A DNA stretch of 64,000 nt from a virus. Taxonomy: Duplodnaviria; Heunggongvirae; Uroviricota; Caudoviricetes. The stretch is taken from positions 36,145-100,144 of IMG/VR virus record IMGVR_UViG_3300019935_000001; one strand, written 5' to 3'. This document shows positions 27,402 to 37,470 of this stretch, piece after piece. The notes under the pieces were generated by a model. It ran no database searches. It saw nothing but the letters and a program-made list of their open reading frames with translations, and had not been told where the DNA came from. The translations under genes and the position numbers were made by a program. Position 1 is the first letter of the stretch. Each line of letters starts with the position of its first letter.

Positions 27402-29669
27402 ATGAGTCACACACATGGGAGACAAACTTTGACCATCAATGTAGTAAAACGCGATGGCCGTATTGAGCCGCTGGATCTGGAAAAGATACACCGCGTTTTG
27501 AATTGGGCGGCCCTGGGTCTGAACGTATCCGTATCTGAAGTAGAGCTGCGCTCCCAGCTGCAGTTCATGGACGGAATCAAAACTGAAGACATCCATGCAA
27601 CACTGATCAAAACCGCTGCAGATCTGATCTCCGAAGAGGCTCCGGACTACCAGTGGCTCGCTGCGCGTCTGAAGATTTACCACATGCGCAAGCAAGCGTT
27701 CGGTCGTTTCACTCCACCGCAGCTGATTAACCACGTACAGGACAATACCCGCAAGGGCCTGTATGACCCGCACCTGCTTGAAGACTATGACCTGCTGGAA
27801 TGGGCAGCGATGGAATCTATGCTCGACCACGAGCGCGACATGACCTTTGCATACGGTGCCACTGTACAGCTGCGTGAGAAGTACCTGGTTCAGAACCGTG
27901 TAACCGGTCAACTGTACGAAAGCCCGCAGATTGCATACATGCTGATTGCTGCTGCGCTGCACTCTAAAGAAGACAAAGCGGTTCGTATGCAGAAGATTCG
28001 CCGCTTCTATGACGCTGCATCAATGCACAAGCTGTCATTGCCGACACCGATCATGGCCGGTGTACGTACTCCGACCCGTCAGTTCAGCTCCTGCGTGAAG
28101 ATTGAGATTGGTGACAGTCTTGATTCTATCAACGGTGGCGTTGGCGCAATCGTGAAGTACATCAGCCAGCGGGCCGGTATTGGCATTGGTGCCGGTGCTC
28201 TGCGTGGTAAGGGTGCAGAGATCCGCAACGGCGAGGCGTATCATACTGGCGCCATCCCGTTCTACAAGCACTTCCAGACTGCTGTTAAGTCCTGCTCCCA
28301 GGGCGGTGTCCGCGGTGGCTCTGCTACAGTCTTCTACCCGCTGTGGACATGGGAAATTGAGTCTCTGCTGGTACTGAAGAACAACCGGGGCACCGAAGAG
28401 AACCGTGTTCGCCACGTTGACTACGGTGTTCAGTTGAACCGCCTGATGTACGACCGCCTGATCAATGGCGAAAATATCACCCTGTTCAGCATGGAGCAGG
28501 TGCCGGATCTACTGGGTGCCTTCTACGCAGATCAGCCTGAGTTCGAGCGCCTGTATGTTCAGTACGAAAACGACCCGGACGTTCGCAAGCATTCGGTGCC
28601 AGCAGTAGAGCTGTTCGGCAGCCTGGCGGCAGAGCGAGCACAAACTGGCCGAATCTACATTCAGAATATTGACCACTGTAATACCCACGGCGCATTCGAT
28701 CCGACGGTGGCACCGGTCAAACAGTCCAACCTGTGCATGGAGATTGCACTGCCTACCAAGCCGCTGGATGCGTTCGACATGAGCAAGGGCGAGATTGCCC
28801 TGTGTACCCTGTTGGCGTTCAACCTGGGTGCGCTTGAGAGCCTGGACGAGCTGGAGGACCTGTCAGAAATTGCAGTGAACGCCCTCGACAACCTGCTCGA
28901 CTATCAGAACTACCCACACCCGGCTGCTCTGCACGCCAAAGGCCGCCGTGCCCTGGGTATCGGTATTTCCAATTTCGCATACTACCTGGCAAAGAATGGC
29001 TGCAAGTACAGCGATGGCTCCGGTATCGATCTGACTCACCGCACTATGGAGGCAATTCAGTATTACCTGCTGAAAGCGTCCAACAAACTGGCAGAAGAGC
29101 GTGGCGCATGTGATTTGTTCCACGAGACACGCTATGCAAATGGCGAGCTGCCGATTGATCATTACCGCAAAGACCTGGATGAAGTCTGCAAAACACCACT
29201 GATGATGCCGTGGGAAGGTCTGCGCGCTGGCATTAAGCAGTTCGGTTTGCGCAACAGTACCTTGACAGCTCTCATGCCGTGCGAAACCTCGTCTCAGATC
29301 ACCAACTCCACCAATGGCATTGAGCCGCCGCGTGGCTTTGTGAGTGTGAAGAGCAGCAAGGATGGCACATTCAAGCAGGTGGTGCCGGAGTACGAGCGGC
29401 TAAAAGGCCAGTACGAGTTGCTGTGGGACATTCCGAACAACACCGGCTACCTGAATCTGGTTGCAGTAATGAGTAAGTTCGTGGATCAGGCTATTTCTGC
29501 GAACACCAACTATGACCCGAAGCGCTTCCCCGGTGAAAAGGTTCCGATGCGCGCCATCGTTGGCGACATTCTGGTCGCCTATAAGTACGGCGTTAAGAAC
29601 CTGTACTACCACAACACCCGCGATGGTGCCGGTGAAGAAGTAGACGCCTGCGATAACTGCAAAGTCTGA
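27402..29669 (+). CDS. nrdA: class Ia ribonucleotide reductase alpha subunit
   Basis: 755 aa. ATP-cone N-terminus (VVKRDGRIEPLDLEKIHRVL), active-site SNLCMEIALPT, C-terminal CDNCKV. An in-frame TTG at 27429 after a CACACACATGGGAGAC leader is an alternative start. Confidence 0.95.
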   Translation: MSHTHGRQTLTINVVKRDGRIEPLDLEKIHRVLNWAALGLNVSVSEVELRSQLQFMDGIKTEDIHATLIKTAADLISEEAPDYQWLAARLKIYHMRKQAFGRFTPPQLINHVQDNTRKGLYDPHLLEDYDLLEWAAMESMLDHERDMTFAYGATVQLREKYLVQNRVTGQLYESPQIAYMLIAAALHSKEDKAVRMQKIRRFYDAASMHKLSLPTPIMAGVRTPTRQFSSCVKIEIGDSLDSINGGVGAIVKYISQRAGIGIGAGALRGKGAEIRNGEAYHTGAIPFYKHFQTAVKSCSQGGVRGGSATVFYPLWTWEIESLLVLKNNRGTEENRVRHVDYGVQLNRLMYDRLINGENITLFSMEQVPDLLGAFYADQPEFERLYVQYENDPDVRKHSVPAVELFGSLAAERAQTGRIYIQNIDHCNTHGAFDPTVAPVKQSNLCMEIALPTKPLDAFDMSKGEIALCTLLAFNLGALESLDELEDLSEIAVNALDNLLDYQNYPHPAALHAKGRRALGIGISNFAYYLAKNGCKYSDGSGIDLTHRTMEAIQYYLLKASNKLAEERGACDLFHETRYANGELPIDHYRKDLDEVCKTPLMMPWEGLRAGIKQFGLRNSTLTALMPCETSSQITNSTNGIEPPRGFVSVKSSKDGTFKQVVPEYERLKGQYELLWDIPNNTGYLNLVAVMSKFVDQAISANTNYDPKRFPGEKVPMRAIVGDILVAYKYGVKNLYYHNTRDGAGEEVDACDNCKV

Positions 29670-29722
29670 TAACAACTGGGGGGGGGGCTTAGCGCCCCCA
29701 CCTTCCACACTAGAGAAGATCA

Positions 29723-30835
29723 ATGACCAACTACAGCACATTTCCACGCACCCGCAACGACCAGCTGAACGAACCAATGTTCTTTGGTCAGAATGTGAAT
29801 GTGGCCCGCTATGACCAGCAGCGTTACCCGCAATTTGAGAAGCTGATTGAAAAGCAGCTGTCGTTCTTCTGGCGCCCTGAAGAGGTTGACCTGAGTATGG
29901 ATAGAAAGGACTTTCTTTCAATGCCAGCTCACGAGCAGCACATCTTCCTGAGCAACCTGAAGTACCAGATATTGCTGGATTCTGTTCAGGGGCGTTCACC
30001 GAATATTGCTCTGCTGCCGGTCGTTTCCCTGCCAGAGCTTGAGACATGGATCGAAACCTGGTCTTTCAGTGAGACAGTTCACAGTCGTTCATATACGCAC
30101 ATTGTCCGCAACGTTCTGGATCACCCGGATCAGGTCTTCAACGACATCGTTGAAAACGAGGAAATCATCCGCCGTGCTGAGGCTGTAACTGCCCACTACG
30201 ACACGTTCATCACCATGGTTCAGGAGTACCAGCTGAAGGGCAAACCGGCTGATCGCAATCTACGCCGCGCCCTAATGACACTAATGGCTTCCGTGTTCAT
30301 CTTGGAAGGTTTGCGCTTCTACGTCAGCTTTGCCTGCTCATTCTCCTTTGCCGAGCGAGCGGTGATGGAGGGTAACGCCAAGATCATCAAGCTGATTGCC
30401 CGCGATGAATCACTGCATAAGCAGGGCAATCAGTTCATGTTCCAGTTCTGGCGCTCAGGTCGCGACGACCCTGAAATGAAGTCGGTCTATGAGGAACTGA
30501 AGGCAGACGGCACCTTCGACCGCCTGTTCGATGATGCGGTAAAGGAGGAGACCGAGTGGGCCGATTACCTGTTCAAAGATGGCTCTATGATTGGCTTGTC
30601 TGCGCCTATTTTGAAGTCCTACGTTGCACATATTGCGGACAACTGCCGTCGGCAGCTCGGCTTAGAGCGCCGTTACAATGGCGAGCATAATCCGCTGCCG
30701 TGGATGGGTGCGTGGCTGTACAGCGACAAGGTTCAGGTTGCGCCGCAGGAGACTGAGATCAGCTCATACCTGACCGGTGCCGTTGAGAACGACCTGAGTG
30801 AAGCTGACTTCAGCGGATTCTCCGTAAGCCTGTAA
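29723..30835 (+). CDS. nrdB: ribonucleotide reductase beta subunit
   Basis: 370 aa. FWRPEEVDLS and di-iron ligand motifs (SETVHSRSY, ARDESLH). Confidence 0.9.
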   Translation: MTNYSTFPRTRNDQLNEPMFFGQNVNVARYDQQRYPQFEKLIEKQLSFFWRPEEVDLSMDRKDFLSMPAHEQHIFLSNLKYQILLDSVQGRSPNIALLPVVSLPELETWIETWSFSETVHSRSYTHIVRNVLDHPDQVFNDIVENEEIIRRAEAVTAHYDTFITMVQEYQLKGKPADRNLRRALMTLMASVFILEGLRFYVSFACSFSFAERAVMEGNAKIIKLIARDESLHKQGNQFMFQFWRSGRDDPEMKSVYEELKADGTFDRLFDDAVKEETEWADYLFKDGSMIGLSAPILKSYVAHIADNCRRQLGLERRYNGEHNPLPWMGAWLYSDKVQVAPQETEISSYLTGAVENDLSEADFSGFSVSL

Positions 30836-30862
30836 GTACCCTTTCTAAAAAACTTTGAAGCC

Positions 30863-30904
30863 CAGCGCTTAGTTGTTAGTATCTTCATTAGTAACTAAGC
30901 GCTG
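30863..30904 (+). terminator. 12-bp-stem hairpin after nrdB
   Basis: CAGCGCTTAGTT - 18 nt - AACTAAGCGCTG, running into a GACTTAC motif. Confidence 0.4.
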
Positions 30905-30932
30905 ACTTACTAACTAAGACAGAAGAAAAATC

Positions 30933-31226
30933 ATGACTATCAACACACAACACCCTGACGAACTGGATCACATTATCGGCCAGATGCTGGACGAGAACAT
31001 GGGTCTGAGACGCCGACTGGCTTCAGCAGAGATCGCCGAAGAGGAGACACTTAATAAGCTGGTCCAGCTGCAGAAGCGCTACGACAGCGACACTCAGGGC
31101 CTGGCCGGTAGCGTTAATACTCTGGTGAACGAACTGAATGATCTGCGCGACAAGTTGGCTGTTGTGACTGCCCAGCGTGATGACGCTTTCCAGCAAATCT
31201 CCTTAATCGAAAGCACCGGAGCTTAA
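30933..31226 (+). CDS. hypothetical coiled-coil protein
   Basis: 97-aa ORF in operon context. Confidence 0.5.
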   Translation: MTINTQHPDELDHIIGQMLDENMGLRRRLASAEIAEEETLNKLVQLQKRYDSDTQGLAGSVNTLVNELNDLRDKLAVVTAQRDDAFQQISLIESTGA

Positions 31227-31228
31227 AC

Positions 31229-31549
31229 GTGAACCTCGAAGTAACCCCTTATTCCCTGATTGTTGTTCTTGTATGCGGAGCCCTGACCCTGGCGGCCTGG
31301 TACTCGGTTTACAAGGGTCGTATGAAGACCGCGATAGCGGTTGTCGTAGCGTGCCTGGTCTTCATGTGGGCGGCCCCGGTACGAATGACAGTCGATACCG
31401 ATGCAGTCAACGCACGAGCTGACCAGCAGATCATGCGTCAGCACAAAGAGAACCTGAAAGAACTGCCTCCTCGCATCGTTGTTGAGGAAGAGTCCTACGA
31501 AGAAATGCTGCGTCGCAAAGAGAAAGAAATCGCAGCGCCAACTGAATAA
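31229..31549 (+). CDS. membrane protein
   Basis: 106 aa, GTG start 3 nt after the previous stop. Two N-terminal hydrophobic segments. Confidence 0.45.
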   Translation: MNLEVTPYSLIVVLVCGALTLAAWYSVYKGRMKTAIAVVVACLVFMWAAPVRMTVDTDAVNARADQQIMRQHKENLKELPPRIVVEEESYEEMLRRKEKEIAAPTE

Positions 31550-31564
31550 CCAACACACATAGAG

Positions 31565-32455
31565 ATGACCACCATGAAAAAGATTATTGCCCTGATTACC
31601 GTTGCCGCCACTGTAGCACTGGCAGGCTGCTCCCAGCCGGTTCCTCCTGCTCACAAAGGTAAGAAGCTAGATCCTACCGGCTATGCACCCGACATCTACC
31701 CGCCGGGCCGCGTCAACGGCTTTGGCCCGTTTTCACGGAGCCAGCTGATTTTGATCGAAACCGGCTCCCGCACCATGAAAGAGACAGTCACAGTGAAGCT
31801 GAAGGATCGTGCGGAGCTGACTTTTGATTTGCGCTTCCGTACTCGCATTGATGGCAGCGACACGGTGATTAACAGCATGTTCAACGACATCGTGCCGGTT
31901 AACAACCTGGTGACCCTGAACATGGTGTACGACACCTATGGCCGAATGATTGTCCGTAATAAGGCCCGTGAAGTGATCAACGATTACAGCCTGGAAGAGA
32001 TCAATCTGAACTACGACCGGATCAGCTCTGAAATGGCGATTGAGATTGAGAAATCGTTCAAGTCGATCCCACTAGAGATGTCTGATGTTGCCCTGGGCAA
32101 TATTCGTTGGCCTGAAGAGGTGACAGAGGCAATCAATGCCGCTCTGAAATCTAAGGCTGACATCGCCCGCATTGAGGCAGACAAGGCCAAAGAAATCGCC
32201 AGTGCACAATCACGAAAGGCCATTGCTGATGCTAACTACGCTGCCGACCAGTCCGAAGCTCGCTCTGTCCGTGACTACAACAAAACTGTGGGCGCCGGTA
32301 TCTCCGAGCAGTTCCTGCGATACAAGGCTCTGATGCTGCAGGAGAAGATGATTGCTCAGATGGGCAAGGACTCCGGCTCCAAGGTCGTCTACATGCCATA
32401 CGACGCTATGGGCACCATGGGTGCTCAAATGCAGATGTTCGGCAGCCAGAAGTAA
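31565..32455 (+). CDS. SPFH/band-7-like lipoprotein
   Basis: Signal peptide with lipobox (MKKIIALITVAATVALAGC); the start may be the ATG at 31574. C-terminal A/E/K-rich helices typical of the SPFH family. Confidence 0.6.
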   Translation: MTTMKKIIALITVAATVALAGCSQPVPPAHKGKKLDPTGYAPDIYPPGRVNGFGPFSRSQLILIETGSRTMKETVTVKLKDRAELTFDLRFRTRIDGSDTVINSMFNDIVPVNNLVTLNMVYDTYGRMIVRNKAREVINDYSLEEINLNYDRISSEMAIEIEKSFKSIPLEMSDVALGNIRWPEEVTEAINAALKSKADIARIEADKAKEIASAQSRKAIADANYAADQSEARSVRDYNKTVGAGISEQFLRYKALMLQEKMIAQMGKDSGSKVVYMPYDAMGTMGAQMQMFGSQK

Positions 32456-32545
32456 TACCCCTCGGGCGACCCCGGTCGCCCTCTTTCTGAAGCATCCGAA
32501 ACCGGGTGTTTCGAGAAAGAGAAAGACCACACACTGGAGACGACC

Positions 32546-33541
32546 ATGTTTGTTAAGAAATCAAGCCACCCCGACCACACGTATATGGCTATGGTTGAAC
32601 AGATCCTCACAGAGGGCGAAGTTCGAGAAGACCGCACAGGTACTGGCACCATTTCGTTGTTCGGCCCGCAGATGCAGTTCGACCTGCTCGATGGCTTCCC
32701 GCTGCTGACGACCAAAAAAGTGAGCTGGAAGAATATCTGGACTGAGCTGTTCTGGTTCCTGAAGGGCGACACCAACATCAAGTTCCTGAACGGTGAAGGC
32801 AACCACATCTGGGACGAGTGGACTAATGATGAAGGCGACCTCGGCCCTGTATACGGCGCGATGTGGCGTAACTGGCCAAGCGAGAATGGTCCGATAGATC
32901 AGATCAACCAGCTGATCAAAAACCTGCGTGATAACCCCCTGAGTCGCCGCCACGTTATCTCCGGCTGGAACCCGGCTCTGCTGCCAGACGAAAACGAAGA
33001 CCACGCTACAAACGTAGCCAACGGCCGCCAGGCTCTGCCGCCGTGTCACACGCTGTTCCAGTTCTACGTGCAGAAAATGAGCACAGCAGATCGCCTGCGC
33101 TACCTGAAAAACATGCTGGGTGTTGATCCGGAGGACTGCGAGCTGCTGAAGCAGGCCGGTGATGCCGCTATCAATCAGTGTGCCGATGAACATCTGGTTC
33201 CGACTCAAAAGCTGAACTGCAAGCTGTACCAGCGCAGCGCCGACATGTTCCTGGGTGTGCCGTACAACATTGGCAGCTATGCAATGCTGACCGGCCTGAT
33301 CGCAGAGATGTGTGACATGGGCCCGGGCAACTTTATCCCTTCTTTTGGTGATGCCCATGTGTACAGCAACCATATCGAGCAGCTGCACACTCAGGCCAAG
33401 CGCTCTGCGAAGCACCTGCCGTTCCTGGATATTGATGAACGTGTTCGTGGCTATGAGTCTATCGACGAGCTGCGCCTGGACGATCTGCGTGTTGTTGGCT
33501 ACCAGAGCCATCCGGCCATCAAAGGGGCAGTTGCTGTATGA
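32546..33541 (+). CDS. thyA: thymidylate synthase (ThyA family, with insertions)
   Basis: 331 aa. REDRTGTGTISLFG, catalytic LPPCHTLFQFYV, YQRSADMFLGVPYNIGSYAML. About 45-aa insertion after FYV. Confidence 0.9.
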   Translation: MFVKKSSHPDHTYMAMVEQILTEGEVREDRTGTGTISLFGPQMQFDLLDGFPLLTTKKVSWKNIWTELFWFLKGDTNIKFLNGEGNHIWDEWTNDEGDLGPVYGAMWRNWPSENGPIDQINQLIKNLRDNPLSRRHVISGWNPALLPDENEDHATNVANGRQALPPCHTLFQFYVQKMSTADRLRYLKNMLGVDPEDCELLKQAGDAAINQCADEHLVPTQKLNCKLYQRSADMFLGVPYNIGSYAMLTGLIAEMCDMGPGNFIPSFGDAHVYSNHIEQLHTQAKRSAKHLPFLDIDERVRGYESIDELRLDDLRVVGYQSHPAIKGAVAV

Positions 33542-34098
33542 ACGTAACAGCCATGGCTGCGGTCGGGCCGAACTGGGAGCTGGGGTTCAAAGGGGATCTC
33601 ATTTACCGGAACAGCGATGACCTGATGATGTTCAAGGCATTCACGATGGGCAAGGTTGTTGTGGTTGGTCGCAAAACCTATGAGTCGATGCCACCGCTGA
33701 AGGGCCGGACAGTTATCTGTCTGACCCGAAGCAAGAGCGTTCAGCCAAAGCAGGATGGTGATCTGATTCTGCGCACACGCCGGGGCGGTAAGTCGCCTTG
33801 GCCGCAGATCAAAAAGATTGCTGAACGGGCAGGGCAGGATGTTGTTGTAGCTGGCGGTGCAGAGATCTATGCACTGATGGCCCAGAACGTCACCAGTTTG
33901 CTTCTGACGCTGTTTTCAGATGGTGCGACATACGCTGACACCTATTTCCCAAAAGACGCCTACAGTGAGCTGCTGGCGTTTAACAGCTCCAAATACATAT
34001 GGGGCGATCAAAGCGACGAGATCTATGCGACTCAGCTTTTTGAAAAGGGCCTGACAACTCAGCGGGCCACCGAATTACTTCAACCGATCTACTTTTGA
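33538..34098 (+). CDS. folA: dihydrofolate reductase
   Basis: 186 aa. DHFR-like pattern (AAVGPNWELGFKGDL..., VVVGRKTYESMPPLKGR). ATGA overlap with thyA. Confidence 0.75.
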   Translation: MNVTAMAAVGPNWELGFKGDLIYRNSDDLMMFKAFTMGKVVVVGRKTYESMPPLKGRTVICLTRSKSVQPKQDGDLILRTRRGGKSPWPQIKKIAERAGQDVVVAGGAEIYALMAQNVTSLLLTLFSDGATYADTYFPKDAYSELLAFNSSKYIWGDQSDEIYATQLFEKGLTTQRATELLQPIYF

Positions 34099-34110
34099 GA
34101 GACAAACGAC

Positions 34111-34683
34111 ATGGCACGTAGCAAAGCCGATAGCTTCAACATGGTTAACGAGTTCCACACGCTGGCAGATCAACCGGTCGCAGGCAAAGGTGCTGCACAG
34201 ATCCCGGATCTTCGAGCGGTTCGATTCCGTGAGCACTTCAAGATAGAGGAGCTGATTGAAGGTCTTGAGGCTCTGACGGCAAAGGGTAGCGTAACTGCCC
34301 AGCGCACGATTGACCTGCTGCGCCAGGCACAGAGCAAATGGATGGAGCTGCAGGAAAGTGATCTCGATGTGGATCTGGTTGAGTACGCTGATAGCCTTGG
34401 TGATCTGCGATACGTTACGGACGGTGCGGCGCACTATTACAACATCGACATGAACAAGGTGATGCCGGCCATCCACACTGGCAACATGACCCGGTTCCCG
34501 CGCAACGAAGAAGAGCTGGCTGCAACTCTGCAGAAGGCTGAAGAGATGGGCGTAGAGGTCGATCACCACCTCTCCGAGGAACACGGTGTGTATGTTGTGA
34601 CCCGCAGAGACACCGGCAAAGTCTTCAAAAACGCAATGCACACGCTGCCAGACCTGACACCTATCCTGGGGGTTAATGGCTAA
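34111..34683 (+). CDS. MazG-like all-alpha NTP pyrophosphohydrolase (putative)
   Basis: 190 aa. EExxE (KIEELIEGLE) and ExxD (VEYADSLGD) motif pair. Nucleotide-metabolism neighbourhood. Confidence 0.45.
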   Translation: MARSKADSFNMVNEFHTLADQPVAGKGAAQIPDLRAVRFREHFKIEELIEGLEALTAKGSVTAQRTIDLLRQAQSKWMELQESDLDVDLVEYADSLGDLRYVTDGAAHYYNIDMNKVMPAIHTGNMTRFPRNEEELAATLQKAEEMGVEVDHHLSEEHGVYVVTRRDTGKVFKNAMHTLPDLTPILGVNG

Positions 34684-35288
34684 TGGGTTTAGGACTCGCA
34701 GGTACGCATCGAACCGGCAAGACGACTCTGGCAAAGGCCGTAGCTGAAAAGCTCGGCCTTCCCTTCCTGCAGTCAGAGGTCGCCGGTGTACTGGATGACA
34801 TGGGTATTAGTGCAGACCAGCAGATGGACTTCAGAACACGAATGAAGGCCCAGTTTGCGATTCTGGAGCATCACTCAAAGCTATGGCGTGAAAGCCCCAC
34901 CTTCGTGGCGGACAGAACACCTCTGTGCTTCATGATGTACACGCTTTCAGACATTCAGCCGCAGGGTTGGGATCAGAGCGTTCTGGAGGATTATGTAGAG
35001 TCGTGCTTTCAGGTTGCCAACCGTCACTTCTCTACCATCGTCCTGCTGCAACCCGGCATCCCGGTTGTTAAAGCGAGCAAGAACACCGGGCGTCTCAGTG
35101 AGGCTCTGATGTTCAAACAGAACTATTTGGCCAAGGGACTCCTGTCAGACGAGCGCCTGTTGGCCAAAGCCAGTTTCATTCGGGAGAGCCTGATCGACCT
35201 GGAGAGCCGGGTCGATGCAGTCAGCGCCATGTACGCTGAGGACAGGAAGTTGGCCGCGATTTTCAGTACCCAACAAATTCTTCATTGA
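34683..35288 (+). CDS. P-loop NTPase, possible nucleotide kinase
   Basis: 201 aa. N-terminal Walker A GTHRTGKTT. Confidence 0.45.
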   Translation: MGLGLAGTHRTGKTTLAKAVAEKLGLPFLQSEVAGVLDDMGISADQQMDFRTRMKAQFAILEHHSKLWRESPTFVADRTPLCFMMYTLSDIQPQGWDQSVLEDYVESCFQVANRHFSTIVLLQPGIPVVKASKNTGRLSEALMFKQNYLAKGLLSDERLLAKASFIRESLIDLESRVDAVSAMYAEDRKLAAIFSTQQILH

Positions 35289-35341
35289 CATCCATAGCTT
35301 ACTTATTGAGACACCAGTATCTGATCTTTAGAATGCTTTAT

Positions 35342-35361
35342 ATAAGTAAGCTATTACTTAC
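35342..35361. promoter_or_regulatory. dispersed palindrome (ATAAGT-N8-ACTTAC)
   Basis: ATAAGTAAGCTATTACTTAC, 27 nt upstream of the next ATG. Confidence 0.45.
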
Positions 35362-35387
35362 CAATACACGCATAGCAGAGATAAATC

Positions 35388-35837
35388 ATGACCGCACAAG
35401 CTATATGGGATGTACCGGATGTCGGCGAGGAGCTGAATAGGAAGGTGCTGGAGACGCTCGACTATCTGGAAAAGAAGAAGAGCAGCGGGGAAATACTGGA
35501 GCGGGACTTCTGTGTTGCCCTGCTAACGCTCAATCAAGTCGCTCTGGGCCTGTACGACCGGGATCTTGCGGAGTGGGTTAGCACGTACCTTTCTGAGAAT
35601 GGGCGTGTACTGAAGCCGATCACCGCCCGCCGTGTATTCGCAGCACCGGCTGCCACCTTTGTCGTTGAATACGAAACAGGCTCTGCTGAGCTGAGAATCT
35701 TCCGGGTTCAGGATGGCGCAGTGAAGCTGCTGAAGCACCTGGATTCATCTGACCAGATAGACGGCATCCGCATCGCCCATAGCAAGTACGTTCGCACAGT
35801 GCGGGAACTTTCAGACAAATATACGGAGGTTCGATAA
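35388..35837 (+). CDS. hypothetical protein
   Basis: 149-aa ORF preceded by the palindrome and a leader-like ACACGCATAGCAGAGA. Confidence 0.5.
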   Translation: MTAQAIWDVPDVGEELNRKVLETLDYLEKKKSSGEILERDFCVALLTLNQVALGLYDRDLAEWVSTYLSENGRVLKPITARRVFAAPAATFVVEYETGSAELRIFRVQDGAVKLLKHLDSSDQIDGIRIAHSKYVRTVRELSDKYTEVR

Positions 35838-36448
35838 TGCGCGAACTGATTGTAAATGTTACCGATATTGAAACTACTGGCCTGAAGCAGGAAGACGGCC
35901 ATCGCATCATTGAGGTTGCGATGGCCCTGCTGAAGATCCAGTTCAACGACGACAACACCTTTGCTGGCTATAAGCGAGTAGGCAAAACCTGGTGTCAGCG
36001 AATCAATCCGTGCCGGAACATCGATGCAGCTGCACAGGCTGTTCACGGTATCAGCTTATCGAGTCTGCGCGGCGAGCCGGTCTGGGAAGATGTAGCCGGG
36101 CGTGTTGCAAAGATCCTGGCGGCGAGTGATGTCGCGGTGGCTCACAATGTTGAGTTTGATATGCCGTTCATTGCTCTGGAGCTGGTACGCATTGGCCAAG
36201 AGATCCCGGACTTCGAAACCTTCTGTACTTTGGAAGGCGGGCGATCTGCTACGGGCCTGGGCACAGTACCTAGCCTGCAGAAGCTATGTTGGGCCATGGG
36301 TGTGCCGTACAACCCGGATGAAGCCCACGCTGCTGATTACGATGTGGACTGCACAGTTGATGCGCTGGTCAAGGGTTTGAATCTGGGATACTTCAGCTTC
36401 GCTGATGTCCTGAACGAAAAGTATGGTGAAGCCAGTGCTGAAGTTTGA
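35837..36448 (+). CDS. DnaQ-like DEDDh 3'-5' exonuclease
   Basis: 203 aa. Exo I VTDIETTGL, Exo II VAHNVEFDMPF, Exo III HAADYDVDC. Confidence 0.8.
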   Translation: MRELIVNVTDIETTGLKQEDGHRIIEVAMALLKIQFNDDNTFAGYKRVGKTWCQRINPCRNIDAAAQAVHGISLSSLRGEPVWEDVAGRVAKILAASDVAVAHNVEFDMPFIALELVRIGQEIPDFETFCTLEGGRSATGLGTVPSLQKLCWAMGVPYNPDEAHAADYDVDCTVDALVKGLNLGYFSFADVLNEKYGEASAEV

Positions 36449-36479
36449 AAGCCGCCGGGGCAGTTACCTGAATAACTGG

Positions 36480-36683
36480 ATGAGCTATTTGGGCCTTTGC
36501 TTCATGATGCCGCTAATGATCAGCAAGATCATTAGCTACGGACGCCAGGCTGGCGGAATGACCGGAGCGCTCAAGGGCATTTTGGCTGCGATTGTTGTTC
36601 TGGCTCTTTTGCCAACGATTTACCTTGCTATGGCTATTCTGGGGAAAGCCCCCAAGGAGCCTAAACGAAAGATGCCTGTTTAG
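36480..36683 (+). CDS. small membrane protein
   Basis: 67 aa from the internal ATG (the track ORF starts at 36423 and overlaps the exonuclease gene). Two hydrophobic helices. Confidence 0.35.
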   Translation: MSYLGLCFMMPLMISKIISYGRQAGGMTGALKGILAAIVVLALLPTIYLAMAILGKAPKEPKRKMPV

Positions 36684-36828
36684 GCTTCGATCAGGTAATT
36701 GTAAAAGCAGTAATTTGGGGCGATAATGCACGGAGATTCAGATCGTTTGGTCACGGTTTGTCTCTATGTGTGTGGCGCGGCTCTTCGGGGTCGCGCCTTT
36801 TATTTGCCCGTAGCACACTGGAGACGCC

Positions 36829-37470
36829 ATGACGACCCTTCTCAAAATGACCCACCCGTCACTCCGACAGCTTAAAAAGAGCCGCCCGGAGCTAAACGGT
36901 AAAATGCTCGGGCGCGGATCTTTTACCGTCGTTTACCCGCGTGACCAGCATTCTGTCTGGAAGCTGAGCATTGACCCCTATAACTACGGCCTAGCCACCA
37001 GTGACCTGAATCGTCAATCCGAGCATTTCATTGGCGCTGTAGATAATCGTGGCATTGTCGGCTATCTGGAAGAGCTGCCGATCTACCTGTACGCCGTTGA
37101 GCGCCTGTATCCGGTTAAGGACTGCAAGATCACCAATCACCTGGTTAAGGACTTCAGCAGGCGGTATGAGGTCGGCTCATTGCTCGATTGCCCGCGCCAT
37201 CCTCGTGATGACCATGCCGGGATAGCTCAGGGTATGGCACAGAACATGAGCACGCCTGGCAGTCTGCGCCATGCAATGACCCTACTGCACCGGTACATCA
37301 TGGACAACGACTGCTCCCTTGATCTCGGGAACCGGGCTAACTTTATGCGCCACCCGGACGGCCGCCTCATTCTCAGCGATCCGATCTATCACGAGACAAT
37401 GCTGGATGAATACATGGAGATTCTGAACCCGCCTGGGGATGAACTGTTCGACGACGAGAACTGGATATGA
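36829..37470 (+). CDS. hypothetical protein with protein-kinase-like motifs
   Basis: 213 aa. G-loop-like GRGSFTVV, a following VWK Lys, catalytic-loop-like DLGNRANFM, then LSDP. GCACACTGGAGAC leader. Confidence 0.45.
   Translation: MTTLLKMTHPSLRQLKKSRPELNGKMLGRGSFTVVYPRDQHSVWKLSIDPYNYGLATSDLNRQSEHFIGAVDNRGIVGYLEELPIYLYAVERLYPVKDCKITNHLVKDFSRRYEVGSLLDCPRHPRDDHAGIAQGMAQNMSTPGSLRHAMTLLHRYIMDNDCSLDLGNRANFMRHPDGRLILSDPIYHETMLDEYMEILNPPGDELFDDENWI

Noticed and set aside
32561-33511. 316-aa antisense ORF covering thyA. Similar long antisense ORFs lie at 60999..62261 (inside the helicase gene), 13618..14277 and 21506..22369.
   Set aside because: The opposite strand encodes proteins with unmistakable family motifs. 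The antisense ORFs lack motifs and RBS context.
32546-35288. The idea that the ThyA homologue is a dUMP hydroxymethylase and the phage makes hypermodified DNA. The cues were the ThyA insertions, the MazG-like protein, the kinase-like P-loop protein and the UDG-like domain on the polymerase.
   Set aside because: A DHFR gene overlaps the thyA stop, and DHFR is needed only by a true thymidylate synthase. The dUMP-specifying Asn (VPYN) and the catalytic Cys context are conserved. It cannot be excluded without biochemistry, but it is not supported.
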